A stretch of DNA of 64,000 nucleotides, from assembly GCA_002633005.1 (NCBI GenBank), contig NMRA01000346.1:180116-244115 (forward strand), given 5' to 3'. The stretch's first letter is position 1; each line of letters starts with the position of its first letter. The DNA comes from Phoronis australis (taxonomy: Eukaryota > Animalia > Phoronida). The position numbers and the translations under genes are program-made. The notes under the pieces were generated by a model. That model had not been told where the DNA came from. It searched no databases and saw only the letters and a list, made by a program, of their open reading frames with translations. This document shows, piece by piece, positions 14,204-26,500 of this stretch.

Positions 14204-14469
14204 TATCTCGATATGTTGAACTTTACGATCTAATAAATTTCTGACAATGTCATAATCGTTAGTTAAATCTTACGGAGCTGTAATCGTCAAAATCTGAAAC
14301 GGTGACCGTACTTTTGTACAGAATACGTTACATGTACCGAGTATTGGTTGAGTGGAGCGTTCTGAAAAACGCCCCCTATCTACTGCCGTTGAAGTAAAAC
14401 AGTACGCCATGTACCATATTTGTCTTTCTGTTACAGGGTTTGCCGTGTTGACAAAGAAATTTCATAGAG

Positions 14470-14561
14470 ATGATAAAACCATCTAATATGTTTACTGGAC
14501 TCGTCTGCCTTCTGTATTTAGTTTACACACACGCGGAGCCCGCTACTGAGGACATGTTAAG
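14470..14561 (+). CDS. Calcitonin-like precursor, first coding exon (signal peptide)
   Basis: Acceptor tttctgttacag ends 14436, ATG at 14470, hydrophobic LVCLLYLVY followed by THA|EP signal-peptidase-like site, donor AG|gtatgg at 14562. Confidence 0.8.
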
Positions 14562-17500
14562 GTATGGTCAAGGTTACGGTGACACTCAGTGATTCTTGGT
14601 GGTTTTGGGCGTGAAAGAACGGAGTCAACCAATTTCAACAAAATTTTCCACAGGTTGTAAAAAAATCTAAAAAATGGTGATTATGCTAACCCAAGGACTT
14701 TAAAGAATTCACTGACAAATTTCAGTAAAACTTATTCCAAAATACGTTTTCCGTTTATTTAAAAACGGAACTTTCACAACAAAATCAACAATCTTTTGAG
14801 ATTTTAATGAAGAAAAATGCAGCGTAATTAAACAGATATCACTACGTGAAAATTTGCAGTTCACTTGTTGGTTTTAAAAAAATCCGAAGTATTTGAAAGC
14901 AGTCGAATTTTCTAGCGAATTTCAACATTTCGCATGACTGAGGAGACTGAAGTTTAACGAAAATTAAAGTCATCAGAGAAAAATAGGTCAAAGGCTAACA
15001 TTCTGTCATGTGGAACAGACTAGAAATCGAGCAACTGTCTATCATGGACTTCCTGAAACGCACAAAAACCAACCATGAGCCATCAATTTCAAATGAAATT
15101 CTGCCGTTGCTCAAAAAGATCATTAGTGGCACATTAGTCTGTGGTCTCTGAAATGACGTGCGCATGCGCATCGCAGGAAGTGGGAAACCGTCTCGTCAAA
15201 GCTGGAGATAAAGGGCATCCCTTCTTCTACAGCAAAATTATTTTACTTTTTCAATGACTTCCTAATGTGTGTTTCATAACATACGTGCAGAATATAGTAT
15301 TAGATGCATTTGGTTTAATATAAAATATCTGAACATGTTATAAGCGTTGTCATGACGTTATTACCTCTGTGTGTAAAGTCACACTGCTCGTACAAGCATT
15401 TGTCAAAGAGTTTTTGAAACGAGACCGTTTTCTGGATTACCGTTCTCCCTGCTATGCTCATAACTTGCCAGAGAAAAATGTAAGAAACGTTTCACTAGGC
15501 GAAATCTGGGACTGAAATCTAAGCTTTACATGTACATTCAAAGTCGAACTCGAAACTATGTTTGTCTTTTTCCGTTATACTTTAGCGCACAATCAAGGTA
15601 AGTGTCTGTTATTCTGTGCTGGTGTACATCATGATTAACGCTGGTGAGTTTTTATTCTAACTTGATGAACCCTAAATGCAAGCTACAAATCTAAGCAAAA
15701 ACTAAGTAAAATCTCGAGATTTCGAGCTCAATCTGAAAAAAATGCTTTAATGCTGGGGCCGGCATGTGCGAACTTGAACTACAAAACTTGCCAGAATAAA
15801 ACATAATATGTTCGAGGACGGAATATTGGACACTTATGTGGAGTTTGCACAAAAGTAAAACGGAAAAGGCAAGAAGTAATTTCGACAGCAGAGATTAGCC
15901 CCAAGCCATGATGAGATTTTTTTTCGTGTCTGTATGTATTTCTTACAGGGCGCTCGATCTCGTAACTAAAACTTCACGAATAGCTGACAGAATTGTTGTG
16001 CAGAAACAGTTTTGAGATTCGCTTATAATGCATGGCGATATCTCGCAGAGGCTTGCGTGATCACGCTTTTCTTGCAAGGAACTTGGTAAACAGAGCGCAG
16101 CCCTGTTCTAGCAAAAGATATCTCTCTCTCGTCAGAAAAGAAAATCAACTGGACAACGAACGTGCTAGATTCCCAGGTCATTGTCTTGGCTTTTAGTGGC
16201 CGAACTGGGGAGATAACGACTTTACGTGAAGGTTTTTGTGTTCAATAGAAATAAGATAATTCACGCTATTGTTGTCTTACATACTAAATGAATTCTCCCG
16301 CAATTCATTCGAATGAAGACTATGTCATCTAATTTGATTTCTTGAAATTAGTTTGATTTATCGCCGACCTCTTTACAGATGCGCACTTCAACAAATCCAT
16401 GAAGAGCTAATTACATTTAAAAGTCCATTTTTGTTCATCGTTTGGGATGGAATGTTTGTTTCAGTTCCTGTCGAGTTACTGTCCCACATTACACATGGTA
16501 CCTGTAAATAGCGAGGGCCGATTTCAATGCACTGGCTACTCCAACGGAAAAATTCAATGCTGAATCTTTGATTTACATGACTTCTAAATCTGTGACTTCG
16601 TCTTAACTTATCTGAACTTTAAATTCTTGACAACCTTTGCTATCTTTTGGTCTGTTTTTGCGATTTTGCTTAGCTGTCGGTAACACGTTTTCATCGTTCT
16701 GCGTTCAACATTTTTCACATTACAGACTTATTAGTCTGACAAACATCGTGTGAATTGTGTAATCCTAAAAAAACAGTGTTCCTTACTCAAATCTTGTGAA
16801 AAATATTGCTGACGTCAGTTATGTGGACAATATTATTGATATAATCAAAATGAACGACATCCTAAAATAATCAATTCAGTCTCAGTTGCGTCTATAAGAG
16901 GATGGTCCTTACATCAAGCTTCTCCTTCAGTCCATTAAAACGACATCTTTAATGCATTACTGTCCAAGACAAGATTTGCTTCTGCAAGGATTTACAGAAA
17001 ATTGTGTGCATTAACTAAGTGATAAGTCACGTGCACTTGGTTATGCGACAACTTGTTTTTTGCTAAATTTTATACGTACATACCTATCAGGAAAGTTTGC
17101 ATAAATAAAACATTTTATTTTCAGTTGATAATTTATTATTCCAAAACTCGACTTTTACTCATTCTGCTGTGTGAAAGTGAATGAACAGTGATATTACATA
17201 GTCAGATGTTCACATGACATCCATGTGACATAATTATATCAATAAATTACGGGGGCATGTCCTTTATTTTGACAACAACCTTTGCTTTCAAAAATTGAAG
17301 TCGAAATACTGTGACTATGTGAAGGTAATACATGTACATTGAGACTGGCACTCGGGAAAGTTTACGTAAAAGTTAAAATTAAACTACTCCTGGTTCATTA
17401 AATTTAAAGGCAGATTTTTTATTAGACCAATAATATTTGGTTTGATCTTGTTCTGAATATAGCGTCCCTGATTCGACATTTTTTTAGTCATTGAGTCACT

Positions 17501-18087
17501 ATTTCGAAAAAGTAATGCACTTGAGGCAAACAAAAAGGATGCAGCATTTGTTCATTATTCATTGAATGACAAATTATGGCGTGGCTTTTCATAGCTTTTC
17601 AGAAACAAAAACACGAGACTTCAGCTGAGATTCATACGGGGGAAGTGTGTTTTTTAGTCGGTGTTTGCAGATCTCAAAATGAGTCGAGGCAGAGACCATA
17701 ACCAACTTGGTTATTTGGCATGACACGTATCTTTAGTTTTGTCCTAATAAAGGCAAGGTCTTGTTTACATTGGTTTGTCGAGTTATCCTTGCTTTTATTC
17801 TCAATTTCCAGAAAACTTCAAGAACTCTCGGAAACTAGGTCTGCCTTATCAAAATTACAAAACAGTATTGACGGTATGTCAGCAGACTACGAAAAAGCAC
17901 AGTAAGTAACCACGAAATAGTTATTTGACTGACATGTTGTATGAAAATATGCATATTGGCTGCATAAAACAAAACGCAAAAGTATGTTTAAAAGTATTGT
18001 AAGCAGAAACATAAACTCCAACCACTCGGAAACTGACCTTTGGCGACCAATTAACGCAGTAATCTATTTCTTCATAGAAACAGTGCG

Positions 18088-18145
<58 letters not shown>

Positions 18146-20072
18146 AATTGCAGTCCAGCTTCCATGATAAGAGTCTTTTTAGGTGGCACGTTTTTACGGA
18201 ACGTAAATAACTTCTTTATGTTAAGAGTATAACATGCTCTGTGGAAATAAAACGCTAAAAGTTTTCAATTCATGATAGTGATGTGCATTCCAATTGTACC
18301 AATATTCTACTTTGTTCGAATATCAGGAGACGTTACCGTAATCACAATTCTCAATCTTGAAATTGGTCTTGTATGAACGGAATTTCACCACAATGCACAG
18401 TTTTGGCTTAGACTGTTTAAAAACACCTACCATTGTGTTAGAAAGTTTCAATTCAAGATTAATTACATATACTTTTAAACGTTTCTCGTCGAGACAGATT
18501 CGCAAAATTTTGTGACTCCTGACAAGGTCCGTTACCATTGAGAAAATAAGGAAGTCGAGAAAGTGCTGAACAGATTTTGATGTTGGCCAACCTTAATATT
18601 ACAAATTCGAAAATGGCGCGTGTACGCATTATGTACGCATTGTCTGTGACTTGATTTGGTAACGGAAATGGAATAATATCCCGATACGAATTAGTGAAAC
18701 CGATTTTACGATAGCAAAAGCTCAGAATCGATTTTCGTTTTTAACCAAACAAACAGGGCGAACTATAGCTTTAATTTTTACTCAAAGTGACAGCTTATCA
18801 AGTTGCAGGGTCATTCATGGTTAAAATTAATCAACACAAATTAATCTTACTAAGTAGTCTCCAACGCTGTTCATTCATCATACTTACGTATAGGAAACGC
18901 ACGTGTGCAATAGGTGGCGGTATGAGTCACCATTGTCAACTGGATCTCTTACATCAACAAAAGCAGGCAAAGGAATGGCTCGCCAGCCCCAAAAGTCCGG
19001 GCAAAAGATCAATAGACTTTATCAATATTGAAGACGTAAGCAGCGTTGATAGGTAACCGCGCATGTGCATGGGAGGTGCACGCCGTCACAATGCATGTTG
19101 AAATGCACGACCCTCGACCGTGGAGGAATGACGAAATATTTTTTGGTATAAGTTCCATGCAGTTGATGGTAAACCTGGAGAGATTTAGTCAATATCTGAC
19201 TCATGAAATTGGTACCCTACGTTCAATGCGTATGTTCAGGCTATGCGAAAAGTCAAATGAAAGTTTACACTGGATTTGCAACTTGTGCCGAACCCTTCTT
19301 GCACTCTAAGTTTTAGACCATTGGTTGGCGTGTTTTTAGCATTGTGTAGCTAAAGAAACCTGTTGTTTTGCACATAACAAGAATTGCATGTCAGTTGGTC
19401 AGCAGGTCACGACAAACCGATTTTCGTCCCACAAACTTTAGTAAGAGGCGGAAACAGGCCACCAAGTAGGACCCAACTGCTTTATTTACCTCCAGTAAAA
19501 ACGCAATTCAAAAGGTCGTTTTTAGTAAATCATGGAAAATCGACACGATATCCTATTCTCACAAACTAATTTCCATTGCTTAATGATCAACTAAATTTTG
19601 TTCTGCATACTCTCGAAAACTGGAAAGCGTCCAATGTTATCAATCATCTTGAGCAATTCTGAAACAGAGGTTATCAAACTGAAGTGATACTTTACTCGAA
19701 ATTGGCCAATGTTGCGAGGCTCAATTTTGGAGTCGAATCTCGAGTTAAAAGCTGTGGTCTGGAATCTTGGCCATTAGGTTTGCATGAAGCATGCTGTAGT
19801 CATATTAAGCACGTTTTCTGCACCAAAACTTCAAGGTTGTACTGTTGTATGTTATTTTCTTTTGCCTGTGCATGATCACTGTCTCTTGTTCGCAAAGTAA
19901 ACGTTGGGGTCAGTGCGCTCTGGGTGGACTTCCGGGTCACACATGCCGTCTGCCGCAGCTTGAACGTGCTCTGGATGCCAACGATTGGCTAAACGGACCG
20001 GCTCATTCACTGAGGCGAAAGAGAAGGTCCACCGACAATTCCAACGAAGCTAACTCTCGGCTCACTAGGTAA
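14470..20072 (+). CDS. Calcitonin-family (calcitonin/CGRP/DH31 superfamily, disulfide type) neuropeptide precursor; join(14470..14561,15586..15597,17812..17901,19898..20072), 122 aa
   Basis: All introns are GT-AG, phase 2, and join in frame (92+12+90+175=369 nt). Translation: MIKPSNMFTGLVCLLYLVYTHA|EPATEDMLSAQSRKLQELSETRSALSKLQNSIDGMSADYEKAH-KR-WGQCALGGLPGHTCRLPQLERALDANDWLNGPAHSL-RRKRR-STDNSNEANSRLTR*. It has a hydrophobic signal peptide, a helical propeptide and dibasic/polybasic cleavage sites. The N-terminal C-x9-C ring and 'DWLN..HS' C-terminus resemble molluscan and arthropod calcitonin-like peptides. Confidence 0.82.
15586..15597 (+). CDS. Calcitonin-like precursor, 12-nt micro-exon (S-A-Q-S-R)
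   Basis: Polypyrimidine tract tttgtctttttccgttatactttag, exon CGCACAATCAAG, consensus donor AAG|gtaagt. Symmetric phase 2-2. Confidence 0.6.
17812..17901 (+). CDS. Calcitonin-like precursor, propeptide exon
   Basis: Acceptor ttttattctcaatttccag, open frame KLQELSETRSALSKLQNSIDGMSADYEKA, donor CA|gtaagt. Confidence 0.8.
18089..18144 (+). repeat. (GT)n microsatellite
   Basis: Direct inspection. Confidence 0.98.
19898..20072 (+). CDS. Calcitonin-like precursor, mature-peptide exon
   Basis: Acceptor gtctcttgttcgcaaag. Encodes KR-WGQCALGGLPGHTC...DWLNGPAHSL-RRKRR, with stop TAA at 20070-20072. Confidence 0.85.
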
Positions 20073-20416
20073 ACCTGTTGCACTCATGGAGAAATAGTCT
20101 TTCAATTGCAACAAACACTCGCAAAAATATATTCAAAGCACAGCTGCTTAGTTTTTGTTCTTTTAAGAAAATTAAACTGTTTTACTGATAACGTGAATAT
20201 TGCCTGAGATTTTCACCTGTGGTCATCAAAAACAATTTAATCATTTATATCCTTTATATGATGGATTTGTTAACAAAGGGTAAGTTGCATGTTTCGTTCA
20301 TTTATATTTTACACTTTGTATCTGTCCTGTATTGCATGCAAGCGTGGCTTCTTATATATGAATTCTAAAACTGCTAGTGACAAAATTGTTGGATTGATTT
20401 GAAGGGTTTTTAAACG

Positions 20417-20582
20417 ATTCTGTGATACGCCATACCCCAACATTGAGTCTCAATATATTCTGTGATACGCCATACCCCAACATTGAGTCTCAATATATTC
20501 CTGTGATACGCCATACCCCAACAATGAGTCTCAATATATTCCTGTGATACGCCATACCCCAACATTGAGTCTCAATACATTC
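20417..20582 (+). repeat. 40-42-bp minisatellite, 4 copies
   Basis: Unit ctgtgatacgccataccccaacattgagtctcaatatattc. Confidence 0.95.
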
Positions 20583-23500
20583 TAGAAACGTTTCGGCTTT
20601 CCCATCATACATCCAAAGACGATAAAAAACAATTGTTTTTATAACTTCCGCTTTCTGAAGTCAGGACCGTGGAATTCAAATTAAATATGGTCTTAGCTGA
20701 AATGTTTTGTGTCACGTATACATGGATGGAGGCTCTTTGGAGGAACTTCTTTATTAAGCCTCCGCTATTATTTTCGTGTGTCAACATTGTTAATGTAGTT
20801 ATCATAGTTTTTTGCAATTTGATTTTCATTTGGCTTGGGTAAAACAGTATGGATCTCTATATGGTCAGAGATTTGTGGGGTGTTTCCCCGTTTAGCCACC
20901 TGTTGGCTCAAAATGTGGGTGTAGTTTCTCAGAAGTGCGCCCTGTAGAACAAGACACTCATAAAGCACTCACGGCGAGAAATTTTCACTTGTAGGACGGA
21001 ATCAGTGAATTCTAACCCGAGTCATCTGTACTTTAATGGCTCTAAATGTTTGAAAACGCACACTTAAAAGGATTGCCTTTTGAATGCAGTATGGCGAACC
21101 CCGAAATGCAAAAGGTACAGTCGGGACGGAGTGCGCCCAATAATGCTTGTGTCTCGTGAGTTTGGGCCATTACGCGAGATCACACCAGTGGTACGCTACA
21201 TCGCACTAGTGATTTTCGAGTTACCTCGAGCGTTTACCATCGAACAAACTGCGCATTTAATTTAGGCAACCCCTCGCGATCGGACACAATCAAATTATGG
21301 ACTTGCCGGGACACTTTTACGTTTCATTTAATTGCGGTTTGGTTACCGTTCTGACATCCTAGATACGCCGGTGTAATACCACTGGGCGTTGTCTTAGACT
21401 CACTGTTCCTTTGTATAACCCAAATGTCTCTTGAGTCAAAGAGTGACATACCTTCTTGGGTATTCCTATTTCGAGCCATGATCTTACTCACCCAGAGCCA
21501 TTAAAGCGCGGAGAATTATAATTACTGACTCGGCTGAAAGTTATTTGAGTGAAAGTTTTACTTTTGAAGTGTCCCAAGTACGAAAGTAGGAAATTCTTGT
21601 TTCAGTTGTCAAATTTGAACACGTTACGATTTTCCGTAGGGTTTTAGACGATCTTTCAAGCAAGAAGCGAGCTTTGGAACATCTTCGACGTCTAATAAAC
21701 AGTATGCACAATAACGTAATACAAGAACAGTAAGTAAACACGAGACTATACAACTGTATAGTTACATACTATTACCGACTAATATATCTGATTGACAAGG
21801 ATAGAAATACGAATGTAGGTGATACAGATACATGTGTATTAAAAACGAACGTTACAAGCGGTGCTCACTTCGTCAGCACTGGCGACGGGCGTAATGTGAA
21901 ATGCTACGGATTGGGGGAAGAAACCAGGTGAGATATATGGATACGCATTGGAAACAAGTAACAAAAGAACACGTGAAAATGAGAGACGAAAAGCTGAGAC
22001 ATCCTGCAGATACTCACTAAACAATACTTAACGGGACCATCAAATGCAACGACGAACAGAGAACGAGAATAAAGTCATACGAACGTGACACGAAATAAGA
22101 AGTGTTAGAAACATTCAGATCAAAATAATTTTAATTAGCTTTTAAACAATTTGTAGGAAAAACATATTGGAGCAAGGAATAGGGTGACTATTATGATGTA
22201 AATTAACACAACACAAAATAAAATTGTTTTGATCTGCATGTTATCTTTCATACTGATATCGGCTTATTCGCATTTCTTTGAGAGAATTCAGAATCCGTAG
22301 GATATCTTCCATCAGCGAGTTATCTAGTTTAAACGTCCGAAGTTCACATTCACACCTGCTGCATTATACAGCATTTCCTCATCCACCCTGTGACGTTTTA
22401 TCTTTCTCTTCTGACGAAGAGCCCATCTCTCGAAACGTTCGATTTTCCGTGTATAAGGACCGTCTAGATATCTATTTTAATGTTATACATGAAGCGGTGT
22501 GGTGACTGTTTTAAACTTCCTTTAGAAATCAGAATCCTATGCTTTGAGAGTTGACAGTGAGCATTATTTTCCAAGGTTCTATAAACCCAGCCTCATTTGA
22601 AAGTAAGTTTTGATTAACTAACCGTTAAGGAATTGGTTTGAACTTTTTCTTACTCAACTTACGGGTGATTTTTGGTTTTGGGTTGAATTGGCAGGTCATT
22701 TTGGCTGGAGGAGACTCTGAAAAATTGACTTGCACGGTCAGGTCATTTCATTCGTCGAGTTTTGTCTCCATAACACTTTGTCAATTCTTTGCAAGTCCAT
22801 GAATCACTTCTTGGTAGAGAAACGGACAAGTTTTGACCAACGTTATGGCGGTCTAAATCGGAGTTTATTGCAACTGTAGGACTTGAGTGTCCAGCCATAC
22901 GTCTAATTATGTCCAACTTTATACTGATAAGTTTTGCAACACGTCTTAAAGTGTGAAAGAATTTAGCTAGATAAACTGTTTTATTGTAGTTTTCTAAAAT
23001 AACACATTTGATAAAATCTTAAGGTCGAAAATTACTCAAAGTTTAGCCTTTTTGTTCCACCACAATCTGGTGAATTAAGAGTTTTGGTGACTACGATTTC
23101 AACATTTGTGTGAAATATTTCTCTGTCACCATCTCACAAATTAACACCTGGTAGAGTCTTGCCCAGCTTTTTCTAGGCTAATGAGCAACCTACTGGATGG
23201 CACTGTTACATGTACATGCCTACAACATATAGTGCATGGCAACAAATGGAAACGTCTGTCCGTTTTCCTAAAGGAGACTGGCAGACTTGAAAACTTTCTT
23301 CACGAGGAGCCATAATTGGAGTCTCGTGCCTTTGCTCAGGTGTTTAGTGCAATGGGCCCAACCATGAGGCCTGCGCACGTCTGATGCACCGCAAATGACA
23401 TCAGACCACCTGCACTGTTTTTTTTATCTCACAAATTAATCCCTTTCAGAAAACGCCATTGTCTTAACCTTGGGGGTCACTGCTCCATAGAGGGCGCCGC

Positions 23501-26500
23501 TAACTTGCACGACACCTATCGCTATTTCAACAGCGCCCTCAGTCCAGGACGACGAGATTTGGATATGCTTAAAAAATTACTAACTCGATAACTTACAGGT
23601 ATGTATCTACTGTATAACATTGGTGCGAGATTACATTTTGGAGTTCCTAATTAATAGCACATGGTTGCAATTGACATTTTCTCTCTCAAATTGCGTAATT
23701 CAACCGACGTGGCAATAAATTGACGGCAAGATTCAAAAATAACTGTTTAGACAAACAAGGCAGTTACTATTTTTGTCTTTACTATCCCCTTACAGCTTTC
23801 ACGAGGGTACATTTTGGTCGACTGGTAATGCATTCTATATCGTAATTCGGCTTTTCTTTATGGTGCGCGTTCATTTTTGTTGTAAACACATCGAATTCGT
23901 TTTTAAAATTGAATAGCATTCTTTTCTCAGATTGCAATTAAAATATTTTGTGTTGCAGACATTATTCGAGGTAATTGCTGCATAAAGTATGAGTGGGCAT
24001 TTATTCCATATTCCTATAAAGAGAAGAAAACAGAACGTCACCGGTGTCGGGTCATCTCAATGCCGGAGTATTTATAACGGTAAAGACATTTGAAGGACCA
24101 AGAAAACTGGACATCTGCTGACAGCTCAGACAATGTGTAATCATTTCTACCAATGGCATTGAAAATAACCTCTAATGGTGTGACAGCGTATCATTACCTA
24201 TATTATACTCTTATTGTCTTAATGAAGAGAATGTTCGTGTAGGCATTTATCACTCTCGTGTAGTTGTAATTAACTGACCGTTCGGTAATTAGGAAAGGGG
24301 ACCTGTAAAGAAAGGCCCTTGTAGTGCATGTGAATGGTGAGTGAAAGGTTTCAAACTTACGATGTAGTCATTGACCGTTTATTCCAATCAAATCATTTAC
24401 AGGATAACCCAAATACCCGAACCCAACAAAATCTGCATAAAAATCAAACACTAAATTCTTTTGGAAAGAACAGAAGTCAGTGCAACCTGACTTGTATGGT
24501 TAAACGACATGGGAAGGTCATTCATGATTTTAGAAGCTGAAGTCGAACAAACATACACTGTACTAGTAACTGTATCCTGCTGAAAAGTCATACATTTCGC
24601 GAATCATTTGCATATAAGGACATCTGAAATCACCTAAAAATATGGAGTGACCATCTGAGAGATGTTACTTGCAAATTGCTAAGTTAAAGGATTTGTTTTT
24701 CAAATTCATGTGAAAGTTAAGCTGGTTTTCTAGCTTTTTACAGTACCTGTATTAAAAATTAGGCCTGCCTGTGTGTCTAGCTAAAGTGTAATAACGAACG
24801 GTTTAGTTTGTGAACATTTATCCAAACTAGTACAGTAACGCCCTCTTCTGCGAAATACAGTCGGCACGGATGATGAAAGTTTTCGGAACAGATTTTATTG
24901 AAATTACTTCCTATGATAATGAATTGACTGATTACTGACGTTTGAACAACTTTTTATTCATGGTAAACATGCGGAAGGTAAAAAATAAACGTGTTTCAAA
25001 AAGACCTTCTTGATTATGAGGTAAAACACCCTGCCCAGCAGAGTTCGACGAGCATTTGTTGTATTCTGTACAGTTTTATTCAACTGCATTACTAAATCCA
25101 TCCTTCTAAAGACAACGGCGTATCACTGCTGTGCTGTAGGCTTGAACTTCGACGGGAGGGAGTTGGATAAACTTGACAAATATACGTGGATGCTTGATGT
25201 TGAGTTCCTTGCCTTCCCGACATTAGATAATGGATGAAGCGCGTTCGTCGGGTTAAGTTTGAACCGAATAAAATCGCGGTAAAACGACCAGCTTGCGGTC
25301 TTGTACTGGCCCACTTGCTGCCTGACCTATTGTGAGTACCATGCACCAGCCTAAGAGTTGTCCTTTTATAGACACGGGTTGTTCGCATGGTATCAACACA
25401 TCGCAAAACCCGACCCAATGCAACACTAGTCTGAGAATGATTCTCGCCGGTGCAGATAAACAACCTCACTTTCACTACGTCTTGTTGATTGTTAAGAATA
25501 GCTAGAACTCCAATCTATACTGAATATTAGCAGTTAAGCTCGTCAAATAACAATTCACAAAATAAAGTTTCTGTATCTGGGCTTGAGAAGCACCAGAAGA
25601 GTTAAAATGTATTAAAATTTACATATATTCGCATTTTGCAACTTTAACTCTGTTGGATCGACTGCCGTTAATTGAACAAATGGAAGAACCCATTAACTGC
25701 AGGTTGCTCTAGATTTCAACCTTAAGTGTCTCTCCATTGTCGATTTTAAATTCAAAATTGTCGATTTGACTGAACATGCTGTGGTTTCCATCATACACAC
25801 GATGTTAACAAGAGACATCTCCGCCGTCATACGCGAGTCACCGGGACCCAGTCGTTGTACTCGTAATAGAAATTGAATTTTTTCACCTTTCCGTTCTTGT
25901 TTCGAGATAAATGTCTAATACTCTGTGCTCGAGTACATTACGGCTAAACTGGACGATTGCCAAATTCCGGCTTGCACTTGATGATCCTAGCATTAACGAT
26001 AAAATTTCGAATCCGATCTCGAAATCTCGAGTTTCAACTCGAGCTTTTAGCTCGAATTTCAGAGTCATAAAGTGCGAACGTGGCTTAGACATTCATCTAA
26101 ACATATATTCCAACAGAGAAAAACAGTAGAACGGGAAATGCCAACAATAAGTTCGATTTTGATTTCTAAATTTTGAACCCGGGCTGTGGTTTCCTCTCTG
26201 TATATAACCCCAATTGTCCGTGTTAGATCAAATCGACACCAAAGACACCCATTTTCTCCCAGGGCCTCAGCCCTCAAATCTCCCATTACTACAAATAAGA
26301 TATAACCTACAAGAACGATTAAATTGAAGCGGTCCAATTTTGGAAACGTTGGCTGGCACTATAAAAATTCCTGTTCCTTTTTGACTCACAAATGCCATGT
26401 ATGCTTTATGGAAATGGAGAGCAGCTTTCAACTGTTCCTTACGGTCACGTGGGACCTTATCGACAGTCTGAATATTTAGCCAAACAACCACAACGATGTA

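Noticed and set aside
20417-20582. CRISPR-like 41-bp repeats with an internal palindrome (attgag-t-ctcaat)
   Set aside because: The units are directly tandem with no unique spacers, there are no cas genes, and the context is eukaryotic. It is a minisatellite.
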